Below, piece by piece: positions 10,196-23,627 of a stretch of DNA of 64,000 bases. Every line of letters starts with the position of its first letter. Positions within the stretch are counted from its first letter, which is position 1. Both the position numbers and the translations under genes were made by a program. The DNA lies in NCBI GenBank assembly GCA_963748055.1, contig CAVVII010000028.1, positions 18,990 through 82,989 on the forward strand, read 5' to 3'. Source of the DNA: an uncultured Verrucomicrobiae bacterium. Its GTDB lineage: Bacteria > Verrucomicrobiota > Verrucomicrobiia > Chthoniobacterales > JAFAMB01. The notes beneath the pieces were generated by a model, which was not told where the DNA came from, made no database searches, and saw only the letters and a list, made by a program, of their open reading frames with translations.

Positions 10196-11308
10196 CTAAC
10201 TGTAGCGATGAGGCCGATCTTCTTCTATCAATCGGGCACCTTGCGAAGCCTTCGTGATGATCGCTTTGCAGGTTGCCCCGGTTTTTCGTCGATAGGCTTC
10301 CGAGACCTTGCTCAAGATGGCCTGGGCTTTGCCACTTTCGACCAACCAGACTGTCGAACCCCCAAAACCGCCACCGGTAAGGCGAGCTCCAAGAACACCC
10401 TCGATGTTAGCGGCGATCTCTACCAGGGCATCCAGAAACGCAGTGCTGTTATTGAAATTCCGCCTCGAACTTTCGTGCGATTGAAACATGAGTTGGCCGA
10501 ACTTCTGCATCTGACCATGCGCCAGCGCCTCTACACCGGCCAGTACGCGCTCGTTCTCGCCGGTTATGTGCAAGGCGCGAGCACGAATCAACGGATCCAG
10601 CGACGCAGAGGATACTACTTCTGAGCTGACGTCTCGCAGGGCCTTAACGCCCAGTGCCGCAGCGGCAGCCTGACATTGACTTCGGCGCTCGTTGTATTCT
10701 CCTCCGATCAATTCATGTGGAACACCCGAATCCACCAAAAGCAGTGCAACATCAGGGGAAAGCGGCACCGTTCGGGCGGTCGTTGCGCGAAAATCCAACA
10801 AGATGACTTCGTCGTCCTTGCCAAACACCGAGGAGGCTTGGTCCAAGAGACCACAGCGAACGCCCACAAATTCGTTCTCGGCCTTCTGACAGAGTTTCGC
10901 CAGAGTCATCGGTTCAATGCTAAAATCGAAAAGTTCCAGCGCCGCCACTGCCGTAGCGACCTCAAAGGCGGCGGAACTTGAGAGGCCAGATCCGGGCGGC
11001 AGGTTGCTGCCGACCTTGAGCCGAAGGCCGCCAATTTCGAATCCGGCCTCGCGAAGAATACTAATCACTCCGACGGGATAGTCAGCCCATGACTCATCTT
11101 CGAGTCGTTGCAAATTCTTCAAAGGGATGCTGACCTCCCGCCCGTTGGTTTCCGAACTCACCTCGATCAGGTCACCGTTGAGCTTTTCCGCGTGGATAGT
11201 AACCCCAAGGTCAATTGCGGCTGCCAACGCCAGCCCTTCGTTGTAATCTGTATGATTCCCCAATAACTCAACGCGGCCTGGAGCGAAAGCAACGACACCT
11301 TTTTCCAT
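10196..11308 (-). CDS. galK: Galactokinase
   Basis: 370 aa. It has the galactokinase signature GRVELLGNHTDYNEG and the GHMP motif PPGSGLSSSAA. Confidence 0.92.
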   Translation of the reverse strand: MEKGVVAFAPGRVELLGNHTDYNEGLALAAAIDLGVTIHAEKLNGDLIEVSSETNGREVSIPLKNLQRLEDESWADYPVGVISILREAGFEIGGLRLKVGSNLPPGSGLSSSAAFEVATAVAALELFDFSIEPMTLAKLCQKAENEFVGVRCGLLDQASSVFGKDDEVILLDFRATTARTVPLSPDVALLLVDSGVPHELIGGEYNERRSQCQAAAAALGVKALRDVSSEVVSSASLDPLIRARALHITGENERVLAGVEALAHGQMQKFGQLMFQSHESSRRNFNNSTAFLDALVEIAANIEGVLGARLTGGGFGGSTVWLVESGKAQAILSKVSEAYRRKTGATCKAIITKASQGARLIEEDRPHRYS

Positions 11309-11635
11309 CCTCTTCTACCTTTCTGTTTCAGCGCCTAACCCGCAAAAACACACGTTAAAAGAATCGACGCGCACATTGCCGGTTAGCCAAAAACGCGCGC
11401 ACGCTGCGAAGCTTTCAGCAATCAGGTAGGGCGTTTCATTTACGACTTTGCTAACAATGTCCCCGAACCTCGCGTCCTTGAAATCAAATTTCATCTATTT
11501 GACGGCGCCTAACATCAGTTGCAAGACGGATGGGGCGCTGAAGTATAAAGTACGTTGCCACAGGCGGGAATAATGGCGCGCTTGATCATAGGGGGAAGGG
11601 TTGAATTTGTTTAAAAACAAATGAACGCGCTCGAA

Positions 11636-11664
11636 GCTTGCAACACGTGCTAGTTTGCTGTCAA
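11636..11664 (-). promoter_or_regulatory. Copy 1 of a shared motif: TTGACA + 4 nt + ACTAGCACGTGTT (read on the minus strand)
   Basis: aacacgtgctagt at 11642-11654 and tgtcaa at 11659-11664 have the same sequence and spacing as 16346-16368. The predicted -10 position here is poor (gcaagc). The site lies 330 nt upstream of galK. Confidence 0.35.
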
Positions 11665-11826
11665 ACATTTTCTGGAAGACCTGCAACCCGGAGCCAAAAC
11701 AGCAGTTACACCAGCCTCGCATCCCCGAAGGTAAAACATCGCAGGGTCCAAGAAAGTTGAGCTACCAGCGCACACGAAATAATTCCCGACACCGTCTGTT
11801 TCAATGGGCACGGAGGCGTCTGTGCA

Positions 11827-12888
11827 TTAACGGCGCCTTCTCGGGCCGGGCTTTAAATTCGCTTTCGACTTTGCACCGCATGACTCACGCACCACTAATT
11901 CAAGCGGCACCACCGCGGGTTGACGCCCGATTCCTTTGCCGTTGACCAAGGCAATGGCAGCCTGTCCGGCAATTTTTCCCTGTTCAAACGCGTGCGACCG
12001 GACGGTGGTTAGCGGTGGCCACGTAAACGCAGCCGCAGGAATATCGTCGTAGCCCACAATGGCGAATTCTTGTGGAATGGAAAACCCGGCTTCGCGCACA
12101 GCGACCATCGCTCCGACCGCCAGCGTATCATTGCCGGCAACAACTGCGGTGGGCCGAGACTTTGCCGCCAATATTCGTTGCATCGCTACGTAGCCGCTTT
12201 CACAGGTAAAATCCCCTTCCGCGAAGAGCCTTTGATCAAACGGAACCTTTGCCGTCCGCAATGCCTTACGATATCCTTCGAACCGTTTTTTGGCCGGAAG
12301 GTAGACCAACGGAGCATAGCTGATATGTGCGACGTGCCGATGCCCCATGGACAGGAGGTGCGCGGTGGCCTGGCAACTTGCCCGTGCATCCTCGGTGGCG
12401 ACCGAATTTTCCTGCGGATGGCCTGAAGACCCGAAAACCAGAATTGGAAATTTCGATTCGATGACTCTTCCGAGTGCCGCATCTCCCTTGCGCGGATTGA
12501 TTACAATCAGGCCATCAATCCGCCTACTCTTTGCCAAATCCAGATAAGCATCGACATTTTCCGGATCATCAATTGTTTCCATCAATAATCGATAGCCATG
12601 GACGCGACAGGCTTCGTTAATGCCGTAGATCATCGGCGGCACAAATGCATCCACGGAAACCAGGTCAGGACGTGACAAGACCAGGCCGAGGATTTGGCTT
12701 CGGCCTGTGACGAGCGATTGAGCCGCTGAGTTCGGTACATAGCCCAGTTTGCGCGCGGTCGCCAAGACGCGTTCCCGGGTTTTGGAACTTAGCGTGACTC
12801 CGGGATGATTGTTCAGAACGTGCGATACGGTCGTGCGTGAAACGCCAGCTTCTCGAGCAATGTCATGAGTCGTAACGCGTCGCGTCAT
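11827..12888 (-). CDS. LacI-family transcriptional regulator
   Basis: 353 aa. It has the N-terminal HTH TTHDIAREAGVSRTTVSHVLNN and a sugar-binding-like C-terminal domain. Confidence 0.9.
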   Translation of the reverse strand: MTRRVTTHDIAREAGVSRTTVSHVLNNHPGVTLSSKTRERVLATARKLGYVPNSAAQSLVTGRSQILGLVLSRPDLVSVDAFVPPMIYGINEACRVHGYRLLMETIDDPENVDAYLDLAKSRRIDGLIVINPRKGDAALGRVIESKFPILVFGSSGHPQENSVATEDARASCQATAHLLSMGHRHVAHISYAPLVYLPAKKRFEGYRKALRTAKVPFDQRLFAEGDFTCESGYVAMQRILAAKSRPTAVVAGNDTLAVGAMVAVREAGFSIPQEFAIVGYDDIPAAAFTWPPLTTVRSHAFEQGKIAGQAAIALVNGKGIGRQPAVVPLELVVRESCGAKSKANLKPGPRRRR

Positions 12889-13050
12889 GAGCAGCTATCG
12901 TAATTTTGAAGTCGCAATGCCTTCTCGGATCCAGGCACCCGGCACCGCTCTCCAACCGCCGATGTGTGAAACGACGGCGGGAGAAGCCCAAGGTCTTCTC
13001 CCGCCGGTTCCCCTTTTCGGAACAATGATGAAGGCCTAGTCCACCCCAAT

Positions 13051-14361
13051 TCAATCAAACAAGGCGTTTACCTCCGTGTTGACTTTTTTGAACGTCGACG
13101 CCGCGTCCGATCCATTCAAGAGGATGGCATCAAGCCCGATTTTTGTAATGCGCAGCACATCCGCCGCATGGTCCGCAATCGGAAAAAGAAACGTCCCTTT
13201 CGGATCAGTTGCCTCCAGAAGGAAGGCCGACACGTCCACGCCCTTTTTGCTCATGACCTGCTCTGCGAGTTCGGCGCAGCTTCGGATCGCCGGAAAGACA
13301 ACTCCATAACTGGCAATAATTTTCTGCCCATCTTCGGACCCCAGAAACTTCACCCATTTCCAGGATTCGTCTTTGTGTTTGCTGCCCACCCAGATCGAAT
13401 CTGCCAAGCCATTGAACATTGACTTGCGACCATCCGGGCCCTTGGGTAATGGAGCGAAACCCTTCTCGAATTTTGCGTTGTCGACATACCAATTGATCAT
13501 CCAAGATCCGGTGAGTGCCATCGCACCCTTTTGGGCCGCAAAGAAGCTGTTGGCGCCGAGTTGACGAGCATCTTTTGCCGGAACGATAAGTCCCTTTTTC
13601 AAGCTGGTATCGGCAATCCACTGCAAGGTCTCAGCCAGTTTGGGATCGTCGTAATGAAATCCCTTCGCCCATGGTCCGTCGTGAAATTTAAAGCCGTTGG
13701 AAACCGCAAAGTGACTCCATTCAACTTGTCCGAACCCGTCCGGTGAGCCATCGATTAAAAGGCCGTATTGCTTAACCTTTTTAGGGTTAAATTGCGGGGA
13801 CAATCCATTGTTGCCCGCTTCGTCAATCGAAAGCTTGGCAATCAGTTGGCCGAAAGTCCCTCCATCCTTGGGATTCCAAGTCAGATCATTGAACTCCTTC
13901 GGATCTACGCCGGCCTTCTCAAGCATCGCCTTGTTGTAAATGATCCCTATCGTATCCCAATCTTTCGGCAAACCGTATTGCTTGCCGTCTTTCCCCCACA
14001 GTTCGTACAACCCACCCAGATAGATATCAGTAGGTACTTTGTCTCGCTTGATTAACGGTCCGATGTCGACTAACAGTTCGTTGGCAACGAATTCGGGGTA
14101 ACGTGCAAGGTGGTCCGTAAATACGTCCGGGGCTGTACCGGAGACGAAACCGGTACTAAGGGTCGTCCAATAGTCGCCCCATGAAGTTTGCGTGATTTTA
14201 ACCTTGATATCGGGATTCGCTTTTTCGAATGCAGCAGCGGCGGCCTGATAGGCGGGCAGCTGCAAGACATCCCATAACCAATAGTTGATCTCCGTCGCCG
14301 CGCGCGCCGAAACGGCTGCTAACGACAGGCTCGCGAATAGTAAGTTTCTGAGGAGATACAT
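13051..14361 (-). CDS. Sugar ABC transporter substrate-binding protein (family 1 extracellular solute-binding protein)
   Basis: 436 aa with the signal peptide MYLLRNLLFASLSLAAVSARA. It sits next to two CUT1-type permeases. Confidence 0.85.
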   Translation of the reverse strand: MYLLRNLLFASLSLAAVSARAATEINYWLWDVLQLPAYQAAAAAFEKANPDIKVKITQTSWGDYWTTLSTGFVSGTAPDVFTDHLARYPEFVANELLVDIGPLIKRDKVPTDIYLGGLYELWGKDGKQYGLPKDWDTIGIIYNKAMLEKAGVDPKEFNDLTWNPKDGGTFGQLIAKLSIDEAGNNGLSPQFNPKKVKQYGLLIDGSPDGFGQVEWSHFAVSNGFKFHDGPWAKGFHYDDPKLAETLQWIADTSLKKGLIVPAKDARQLGANSFFAAQKGAMALTGSWMINWYVDNAKFEKGFAPLPKGPDGRKSMFNGLADSIWVGSKHKDESWKWVKFLGSEDGQKIIASYGVVFPAIRSCAELAEQVMSKKGVDVSAFLLEATDPKGTFLFPIADHAADVLRITKIGLDAILLNGSDAASTFKKVNTEVNALFD

Positions 14362-14382
14362 AGTTGAATTTGCAATTGGGGG

Positions 14383-15273
14383 TTATTTCATTCCGCTGAA
14401 TTGGAAGGATTCGACCACTTTGCGGCCGAAGAAGACAAGGAGCGCGACCATCGGGATAGCTCCGAGGACCGTACAAGCCATCAAGCCTGTCCAATCAGGA
14501 ACACCAGATTGTTGTTGCGTCCGAAACGCATTGATCGCTACCGCTATTACGCGAACAGATTCCTCTCGACCGATAAGAAATGGCCAGAAGAATTCGTTCC
14601 ATGTCGATACAGTCGTCAAAATGGCCAGGGTAGCCAGGGAGGAACTATGTATCGGCAAGATCATACGAAAGAAAATTGAAAAATAGGATGCGCCATCAAT
14701 GCGCGCCGCTTCCTCCACGTCTTTCGGGGTTGCGAGAAACATCTGTCGAAGGAAGAAGACGGCAAACGGCGTCATCAACGCATAAGGTGCCGCCATCCCT
14801 TGAAAGGTGTTTAGCCAGCCAAGATCATGAATAAGGATGAAATTCGGAATGAACAGCACGGCGGTAGGGATCATTGTCGCCGCGATAAAGAGGAAGAAAA
14901 GCAGATCACGCCCCGGAAAGCGCAAACGAGCGAAGGCATAGGCGGCCGTGGCGCTAAAAAATATTTGTGGAATCACAGCCATGGCGGTGAAGATCGCGCT
15001 GTTCAAGAGCGCCCGGAAGAAAGTGATTTTTGCAAGGCCAGTCTGCGCAAGATGCGGATCGTTTGGATCAATAAAGCCAAGGACCCGTTGAAAGTTAAAC
15101 AAAGTCGGATCCTGCGGCAGAAGTGAACCCCCGCTTCCGAACAATGCATTTGGTCCGGTCAATGCCGTCTTGAATGCGATCCAGAGCGGTCCCAGGGAAA
15201 CGATTGCGAAAAGAATGAGCGCCGCGTAACCGAACCAGCGGCCGAACGGGAGTGGTGATGCCGGTCTTTCCAT
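14383..15273 (-). CDS. Carbohydrate ABC transporter permease (MalG-like)
   Basis: The preferred start is MERPASPLPFGRW... at 15273, just after the upstream stop at 15278. The EAA-loop region is EEAARIDGASYFSIFFRMILP. Confidence 0.85.
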   Translation of the reverse strand: MERPASPLPFGRWFGYAALILFAIVSLGPLWIAFKTALTGPNALFGSGGSLLPQDPTLFNFQRVLGFIDPNDPHLAQTGLAKITFFRALLNSAIFTAMAVIPQIFFSATAAYAFARLRFPGRDLLFFLFIAATMIPTAVLFIPNFILIHDLGWLNTFQGMAAPYALMTPFAVFFLRQMFLATPKDVEEAARIDGASYFSIFFRMILPIHSSSLATLAILTTVSTWNEFFWPFLIGREESVRVIAVAINAFRTQQQSGVPDWTGLMACTVLGAIPMVALLVFFGRKVVESFQFSGMK

Positions 15274-15277
15274 AAAA

Positions 15278-16219
15278 TTAGCCAAGGTCTGATTCTCCTG
15301 AGCGCAGCACACGCATCTGAACCAGGGTGACAATCACCAACCCCAGGAACAGAACCGTCGACATCGCCGAGGCGTATCCCATGCGCATGCTGCTGAACGC
15401 CTCCTGATAAATATACCAGACAATCGTTCGTGTCGCCGTCCCTGGGCCCCCCTGCGTAGTCACCGCGATCGTATCAAATATTTGAAATGAACCAATGACG
15501 CTTGTCACCAGCACGAAAACGACTGTCGGCCGCAGAAGCGGAAGAGTGATGGAAGAGAACATTTTCCACTGAGACGCTCCCTCGATGCGAGCCGCTTCAT
15601 AAAGATGCTCCGGAATCGACTGCAGACCGGTGTAAAAAAGCAGCGCTGCATACCCCATATGCCGCCAGACATTGATGGCCGCGATGGTGGGCAGCGCAAG
15701 ATGCTCATCGCTAAAGAAGGCGTGTGTTCCCAGCCCGACACTCTGCAGCAGAAAATTCACAAATCCCAACACGGGATCGAGCATCCAGAACCAGATCATC
15801 GCCGCGATGACATTCGAGATCAAAAAAGGGGCTAACATGATCGAACGGATTAATACCGAACCAGTGAGACGCTTGAGAAGAACCGCGATTAACAGTCCGA
15901 TTATAGTCTGAATCGGGATGTTGTAGATCACGTAGAGAACGGTGACCCAGATTGAACTCCAAAACTTTTGATCGCCGATAAGCCGCACGTAGTTATCGAA
16001 ACCAAGAAACTTTGGCGCGCGCAGAAGATTCCAATTTGTCAGACCGATATAAAAAGCGCGTATCGTGGGTAACAAATAAAACAGGGTAAACCCGATCAGC
16101 GCGGGAGCGACAAACAGCCAACCGCAGAACGCTTCACTTTCGGTAGGGCGTTTGCGCAAGCGCGAACCGCGGACAGGCAGGGCGGACTGCTCCGATTGGA
16201 TGGACGTCGTGGTCGGCAT
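15278..16219 (-). CDS. Carbohydrate ABC transporter permease (MalF-like)
   Basis: The preferred start is MPTTTSIQSEQ... at 16219 (the track ORF starts at 16309). The EAA-loop region is YEAARIEGASQWKMFSSITLP. Confidence 0.85.
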   Translation of the reverse strand: MPTTTSIQSEQSALPVRGSRLRKRPTESEAFCGWLFVAPALIGFTLFYLLPTIRAFYIGLTNWNLLRAPKFLGFDNYVRLIGDQKFWSSIWVTVLYVIYNIPIQTIIGLLIAVLLKRLTGSVLIRSIMLAPFLISNVIAAMIWFWMLDPVLGFVNFLLQSVGLGTHAFFSDEHLALPTIAAINVWRHMGYAALLFYTGLQSIPEHLYEAARIEGASQWKMFSSITLPLLRPTVVFVLVTSVIGSFQIFDTIAVTTQGGPGTATRTIVWYIYQEAFSSMRMGYASAMSTVLFLGLVIVTLVQMRVLRSGESDLG

Positions 16220-16339
16220 CTTACGATTTTTGGGGGTTCGAATTGACCTGCGAAGTGTAAGCGGCCTTAAATCGAGCCAAGGCAAAAAATAACAGCCGTG
16301 GGGAAACAAACCGCTTACAAATTGCTCCTCTTAGCGATT

Positions 16340-16368
16340 TTTTTAAACACGTGCTAGTAAGATGTCAA
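16340..16368 (-). promoter_or_regulatory. Putative sigma70-type promoter with an embedded operator-like ACTAGCACGTGTT (copy 2)
   Basis: Read on the minus strand: TTGACA (16368-16363), a 17-nt spacer tcttactagcacgtgtt, then TAAAAA (16345-16340). It lies about 120 nt upstream of the first permease gene. Confidence 0.5.
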
Positions 16369-16495
16369 AACAATTCTTACTCGCCAGCGGTAAGCTTCAA
16401 CGCGATTGTCCGCCGGCAGGGCGAAACTCACGCCCGATCTGCCCTGCTTGCCAAAGGTGATTCTTCAACAAAGTCATTCAAAAGCGGGCTACCTG

Positions 16496-19766
<3,271 letters not shown>

Positions 19767-19804
19767 CTACGCAATAGCGCGGTTCAGGCGTAAAGATTCC
19801 TCGT

Positions 19805-20686
19805 ATGCAACCCCATCTCACATTTCGATTCAACGATGGCACGGAGGTACGGCGACTCGGTTATGGCGCCATGCGTTTGACTGGCCAACCCGGTAATTTT
19901 GGGCCTTATGCCGCTTGGGAGGCCGGGAAAAAAGTATTGCAACGCGCTCTTGAGCTTGGGATTAATTTTATTGACACGGCCAGAGCTTACGGACCCGGTT
20001 GGAACGAGAGACTCGTTGCGGACGCTCTCCACCCTTACCCCCAAGGACTCTTCATTGCGACGAAGGGTGGTGTCGTAAAAAAATCGGCTACGGAGCGGTA
20101 CTTGGACGGAAGTCCGGACGGCCTGCGACGCGATTGCGAAGAAAGCCTCAAAAACTTACGCGTGGAGTGCATCGACCTGTACCAGCTTCATTGGGTTGAC
20201 CCGAACGTGCCGTTGAATGAATCCGTGCTGGGTCTGGCCCGCCTCCAGCAGGAAGGGAAAATTCGACTGATAGGCCTTTCCAACATCACGGTCAAACAGC
20301 TTGAAGACGCGCGGGCGATTGCCCGGATCGCTTCGGTGCAGAATCGGTACGGCGTCGGCGAGAGGGAGGGAGATCCGATGGTAGATTTTTGCGCGCGCGA
20401 AGGGATTTCGTTTGTGCCATACGGTCCTCTGGGAGCCGACCCAATGAAGCCAGGAGCGCCTCTTGCTTCCGCTAAAGGAGTAATTGCCGATATCGGCAAA
20501 GACCTTGGAGCGACGACGACACAAGTGGCCTTGAGTTGGCTGCTCCACCGCGCTCCCAACATCCTTCCGATCCCGGGGACAACCTCGATTGCTCACCTGG
20601 AGGAAAATGAGGCGGCGGCCGGATTGAGTCTTACCGAGGAACAAATGAAACAGCTTTCAAGCGTGGCCGGACGCGTCGATGACTGA
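19805..20686 (+). CDS. Aldo/keto reductase
   Basis: 293 aa with AKR blocks GYGAMRLTG, INFIDTARAYG, IDLYQLH and IPGTTSIAHLEEN. Confidence 0.88.
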   Translation: MQPHLTFRFNDGTEVRRLGYGAMRLTGQPGNFGPYAAWEAGKKVLQRALELGINFIDTARAYGPGWNERLVADALHPYPQGLFIATKGGVVKKSATERYLDGSPDGLRRDCEESLKNLRVECIDLYQLHWVDPNVPLNESVLGLARLQQEGKIRLIGLSNITVKQLEDARAIARIASVQNRYGVGEREGDPMVDFCAREGISFVPYGPLGADPMKPGAPLASAKGVIADIGKDLGATTTQVALSWLLHRAPNILPIPGTTSIAHLEENEAAAGLSLTEEQMKQLSSVAGRVDD

Positions 20687-20778
20687 ACTTGTGCGTACGG
20701 CAGGCCGCCTTTCAAAACGGTCCTGCCTGCCGCGGTCAAGGTATCACGCGACGACGCTCGAGTTGCTTCTGCGATGCC

Positions 20779-21387
20779 CTACCCTCCGGCAGATTTCGCT
20801 GGAAAGGATTCCATTATCCGGTCGACAGCGGCTTTGATGATTCCGCTTAAGTGATTCGGGTCCTGGGCACCCGTCAGACCGACTTTGGCCCAACCTCGCC
20901 ACAGGAGTTGACGATGCGACGGATCGAGGATGTCAATGATTACGAAAGCAACGGGCGCTTCTCCCGGTTTTTTCGGAACGGTGAATTTGGATAAATTCGT
21001 TTTCGCGCTTTCGGACGGGGAAAGGCTGTACCCGGAATAATTGCTTATGATGGTGACGAGCTCGGTCCTTTTCAGCACTGCATGACGAGCAACCAGAAAA
21101 TCCGATCTGCCATTTTTCACTTGGCGATAGCCTTTCGCCGAGAGGCTTTCAGCAACGGCTTTTCCGATCTGGCTGTACCAATAGGGAGTATTCGACAATG
21201 CTTCGGCCTCTGCCATGACCCGGTTTGGCAAGAAGCCAAAGGTGGTCAGCCCGGTCAATTTTGAGCCTTTGCTAAGCTCGCTACCGGATTCGATTTTTTG
21301 AGGTAAAGCGGCGCAGCCCGCGAAGAAACTGAGGCAGACGAACGAAAAAACCCAGAGGTACCGGGAGTTGATGCGGAGATATTTCAT
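20779..21387 (-). CDS. Putative lipoprotein (DUF4136-like C-terminal region)
   Basis: The start MKYLRINSRYLWVFSFVCLSFFAGC carries a lipobox. The C-terminal FVIIDILDPSHRQLLWRGWA resembles DUF4136 proteins. Confidence 0.55.
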   Translation of the reverse strand: MKYLRINSRYLWVFSFVCLSFFAGCAALPQKIESGSELSKGSKLTGLTTFGFLPNRVMAEAEALSNTPYWYSQIGKAVAESLSAKGYRQVKNGRSDFLVARHAVLKRTELVTIISNYSGYSLSPSESAKTNLSKFTVPKKPGEAPVAFVIIDILDPSHRQLLWRGWAKVGLTGAQDPNHLSGIIKAAVDRIMESFPAKSAGG

Positions 21388-21624
21388 AACAGAACGATCA
21401 GACATGGTTGTGACAGGCATTCGTCGTTTGATATGGGCGACATTTCAACCCGGTGATGGTTCCTTCTGTCAAGAAGCAAGAATTGTCCATTCAAGAACGA
21501 TTTGGGGGGAAACGAAATTGCGTTGATCAGAGAAACCCCAGAAATTCCAAGCCTTCCAATCATTCGAGCATCCAAGAGAAATTCTGGTGCTTGCTCCGGA
21601 TACCAGAAACTGGACTTGGGAATG

Positions 21625-21850
21625 CGTCGGCGTGATCGAAGGTACTCCGCCGTCTGATCGCATTTTCAGTCCCGCGCAAAGTCTCTTCCTATCTTTGCTA
21701 ACTTTGCTGCCTTCTGTTCAAAATCTCTTCGGTTCCTTTTGTGGTGTCGACGTGATGCCTACATTTTGCAAGTCTACGAACGCCAGATCGAGTAACCTTC
21801 GATCACGCCGACACGCCGATCCGCCGAACCGCCGACACGTTCCCCCACGA
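21625..21850. repeat. Composite dispersed repeat, locus 1 (reverse-oriented modules A+B at 21625-21745; forward modules B'+C at 21793-21850)
   Basis: The revcomp of 21625-21745 aligns at about 80% identity with 27560-27680 (ccacaaaaggaa.cgaaga..tttgaacagaa.gcagcaaag...tcagacggcggagtacc.tcgatcacgcc). Positions 21797-21845 align with 27663-27715 (cgatcacgcc.acacgccgatccgc...gccgacacgtt). The internal 19-bp inverted repeat gtcggcgtgatcgaaggta (21626-21644) pairs with 21794-21812. Confidence 0.75.
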
Positions 21851-22063
21851 ACGCTGATCCTGAATTGAGTCCGGAACGGGAGAAAATAGAACAACGAGCG
21901 GACGGCGAGTGGGGATTCGGAGCCGGATCTAAAGAGTTCGCTCGCAGCGCCCGGCTTCCAACGACCGCCGCGCATCGCTACAGGGCGGCACCGGTCCAAG
22001 CGAAGATCGCCAGGATCGTGCCGGCACACGCGGCTGCAGCGACAGCAACTTGCAGGGCGAACA

Positions 22064-22470
22064 CTAACACTCGGTTCGTTTCGCTCCGTTCGCGCCCCGT
22101 CCCTTCCGCACGCCCATGGCGACTTTCACTGGCCGTTGCCAAGGAAAGTCCGGTGGCTCCGCGAAACTCCGCAGAGTTGTTCGGGGAGAGGTGTTCCAAG
22201 GATTGCCGATGTGGACGGACGCCGCCCACCAATCGAGTAGACCGCCGCATGGAGCGACCGTAGTCGAGGGAACACTGCAGAAGCAAGCGATATTCTTCGG
22301 TTTGAACCGAATGAATCCGTCGAAGCAGACCTTCGCAGCATCAGGTGCCTGAATGCACTGATTTTGGCCGCTTCCCGGACGAAATCTCGGGTCATCGGGA
22401 AAGACGTCCTGCGCGATTTCCAAAGGCTTCGACCGTTTCGTGCGATAGATCGGGAGGACTTTAGCCGAAT
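22064..22470 (-). pseudogene. Possible remnant of an IS200-like / REP-associated tyrosine transposase (multiply frameshifted)
   Basis: Minus-strand fragments in different frames resemble RAYT blocks: AQDVFPDDPRFRP (cf. IFxDDxDRxxF), AFRHLML (cf. AYCLMSNH), and SVHIGNP...EPPDFPW (cf. YIHLNPV...PxDYPWSS). There is no intact ORF. The identification is by memory only. Confidence 0.25.
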
Positions 22471-22625
22471 ATGCCGGAATGAGCGCGAGCTATCCCGCAA
22501 AAATCACGCGACAATCGGATCGGCGAGGTTGCGGGTTTCAAGGTAAATGAATCGAAGCAAACTGCTTTTATACTTTTCTCTTCAAAAAGCAGAGTTAGCC
22601 TTGGGTGAGCTCAAAAGGAACCCCC

Positions 22626-23303
22626 ATGTCTCGTATCGAAACCGTTTTCCTCTTCGACCTGGATGGTACGCTGGTCGACAGCGTCTATCAACACGTGCTG
22701 GCCTGGAGGGAAGCCCTGGATCGGGAGGGGATAGACTTGTCGGTCTGGCGCATCCATCGCAGGATCGGCATGAGCGGCGGCTTATTCACCAACATGCTTC
22801 TTAGGGAAACTGGTCTTGAGATCAGTCCGGAACGCGTCGAGCGGCTTCGCCAACGGCACGCCGAGGCTTATCTGCGGCACCGGCACCAGGTCCGTCCTCT
22901 GCCCGGCGCACGCGAACTTCTTGACTACTTGACCGCCAATGAAAGTCCCTGGGCAGTCGCAACCAGCGGTAGAATGGAGACGGCAAAGTTTAATTTGGAC
23001 GCGCTGGGCATCGATCCTGCAGTAATTCCTGTCGTGACTCGCGATCAGGTCAAGTATGCAAAGCCTGATCCCGACCTTTTCCTGGCGGCGGCCGATCGTC
23101 TCGGCGCCAAAATCGAGCACTCCGTGGTGATCGGTGATGCAATTTGGGATATGCTGGCCGCAAGGCGGGCAAGGGCGCTTGGCGTTGGCCTGCTGTCTGG
23201 CGGATATGGACAAGAGGAACTCGAACGCGCCGGAGCCGCACGGGTTTACGAAGATCCCGCCGATCTGCTCAGGCATATTGATGAAATTGGTACTCGCCGC
23301 TGA
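22626..23303 (+). CDS. HAD-superfamily hydrolase (phosphoglycolate phosphatase / beta-phosphoglucomutase-like)
   Basis: The ATG at 22626 gives MSRIETVFLFDLDGTLVDS (HAD motif I). A later block is VVIGDAIWDMLAARRAG-like. The protein is 225 aa. Confidence 0.85.
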   Translation: MSRIETVFLFDLDGTLVDSVYQHVLAWREALDREGIDLSVWRIHRRIGMSGGLFTNMLLRETGLEISPERVERLRQRHAEAYLRHRHQVRPLPGARELLDYLTANESPWAVATSGRMETAKFNLDALGIDPAVIPVVTRDQVKYAKPDPDLFLAAADRLGAKIEHSVVIGDAIWDMLAARRARALGVGLLSGGYGQEELERAGAARVYEDPADLLRHIDEIGTRR

Positions 23304-23627
23304 CACCGTCTTTACGGATACCATCTGGTCCGGATTCCCGGTTATCTAAATAGGTCAAGATAAGTTGTCTCCCCGGTTGCGAGGCAACACGTGCCTGTCA
23401 TTCGCGCACCAAACTCAGGAAACCCAACGGGTAATGAAGAACTTCAGCCTTTAGCGAGATCTTTTCGAACCAATTGATTTGGCAATCTTTCCGCCATCCC
23501 CGGGGAGGGTACTGCGTGGCAAGCCCAGTAAGGTGGGATTGACTGGAAGTCTATGGGATGTCGCCCGTTAGGAGGCTTGCAACGCTACAACAACTCTCTC
23601 CACCTTTAAATATGCTCCAGTCAAGGA

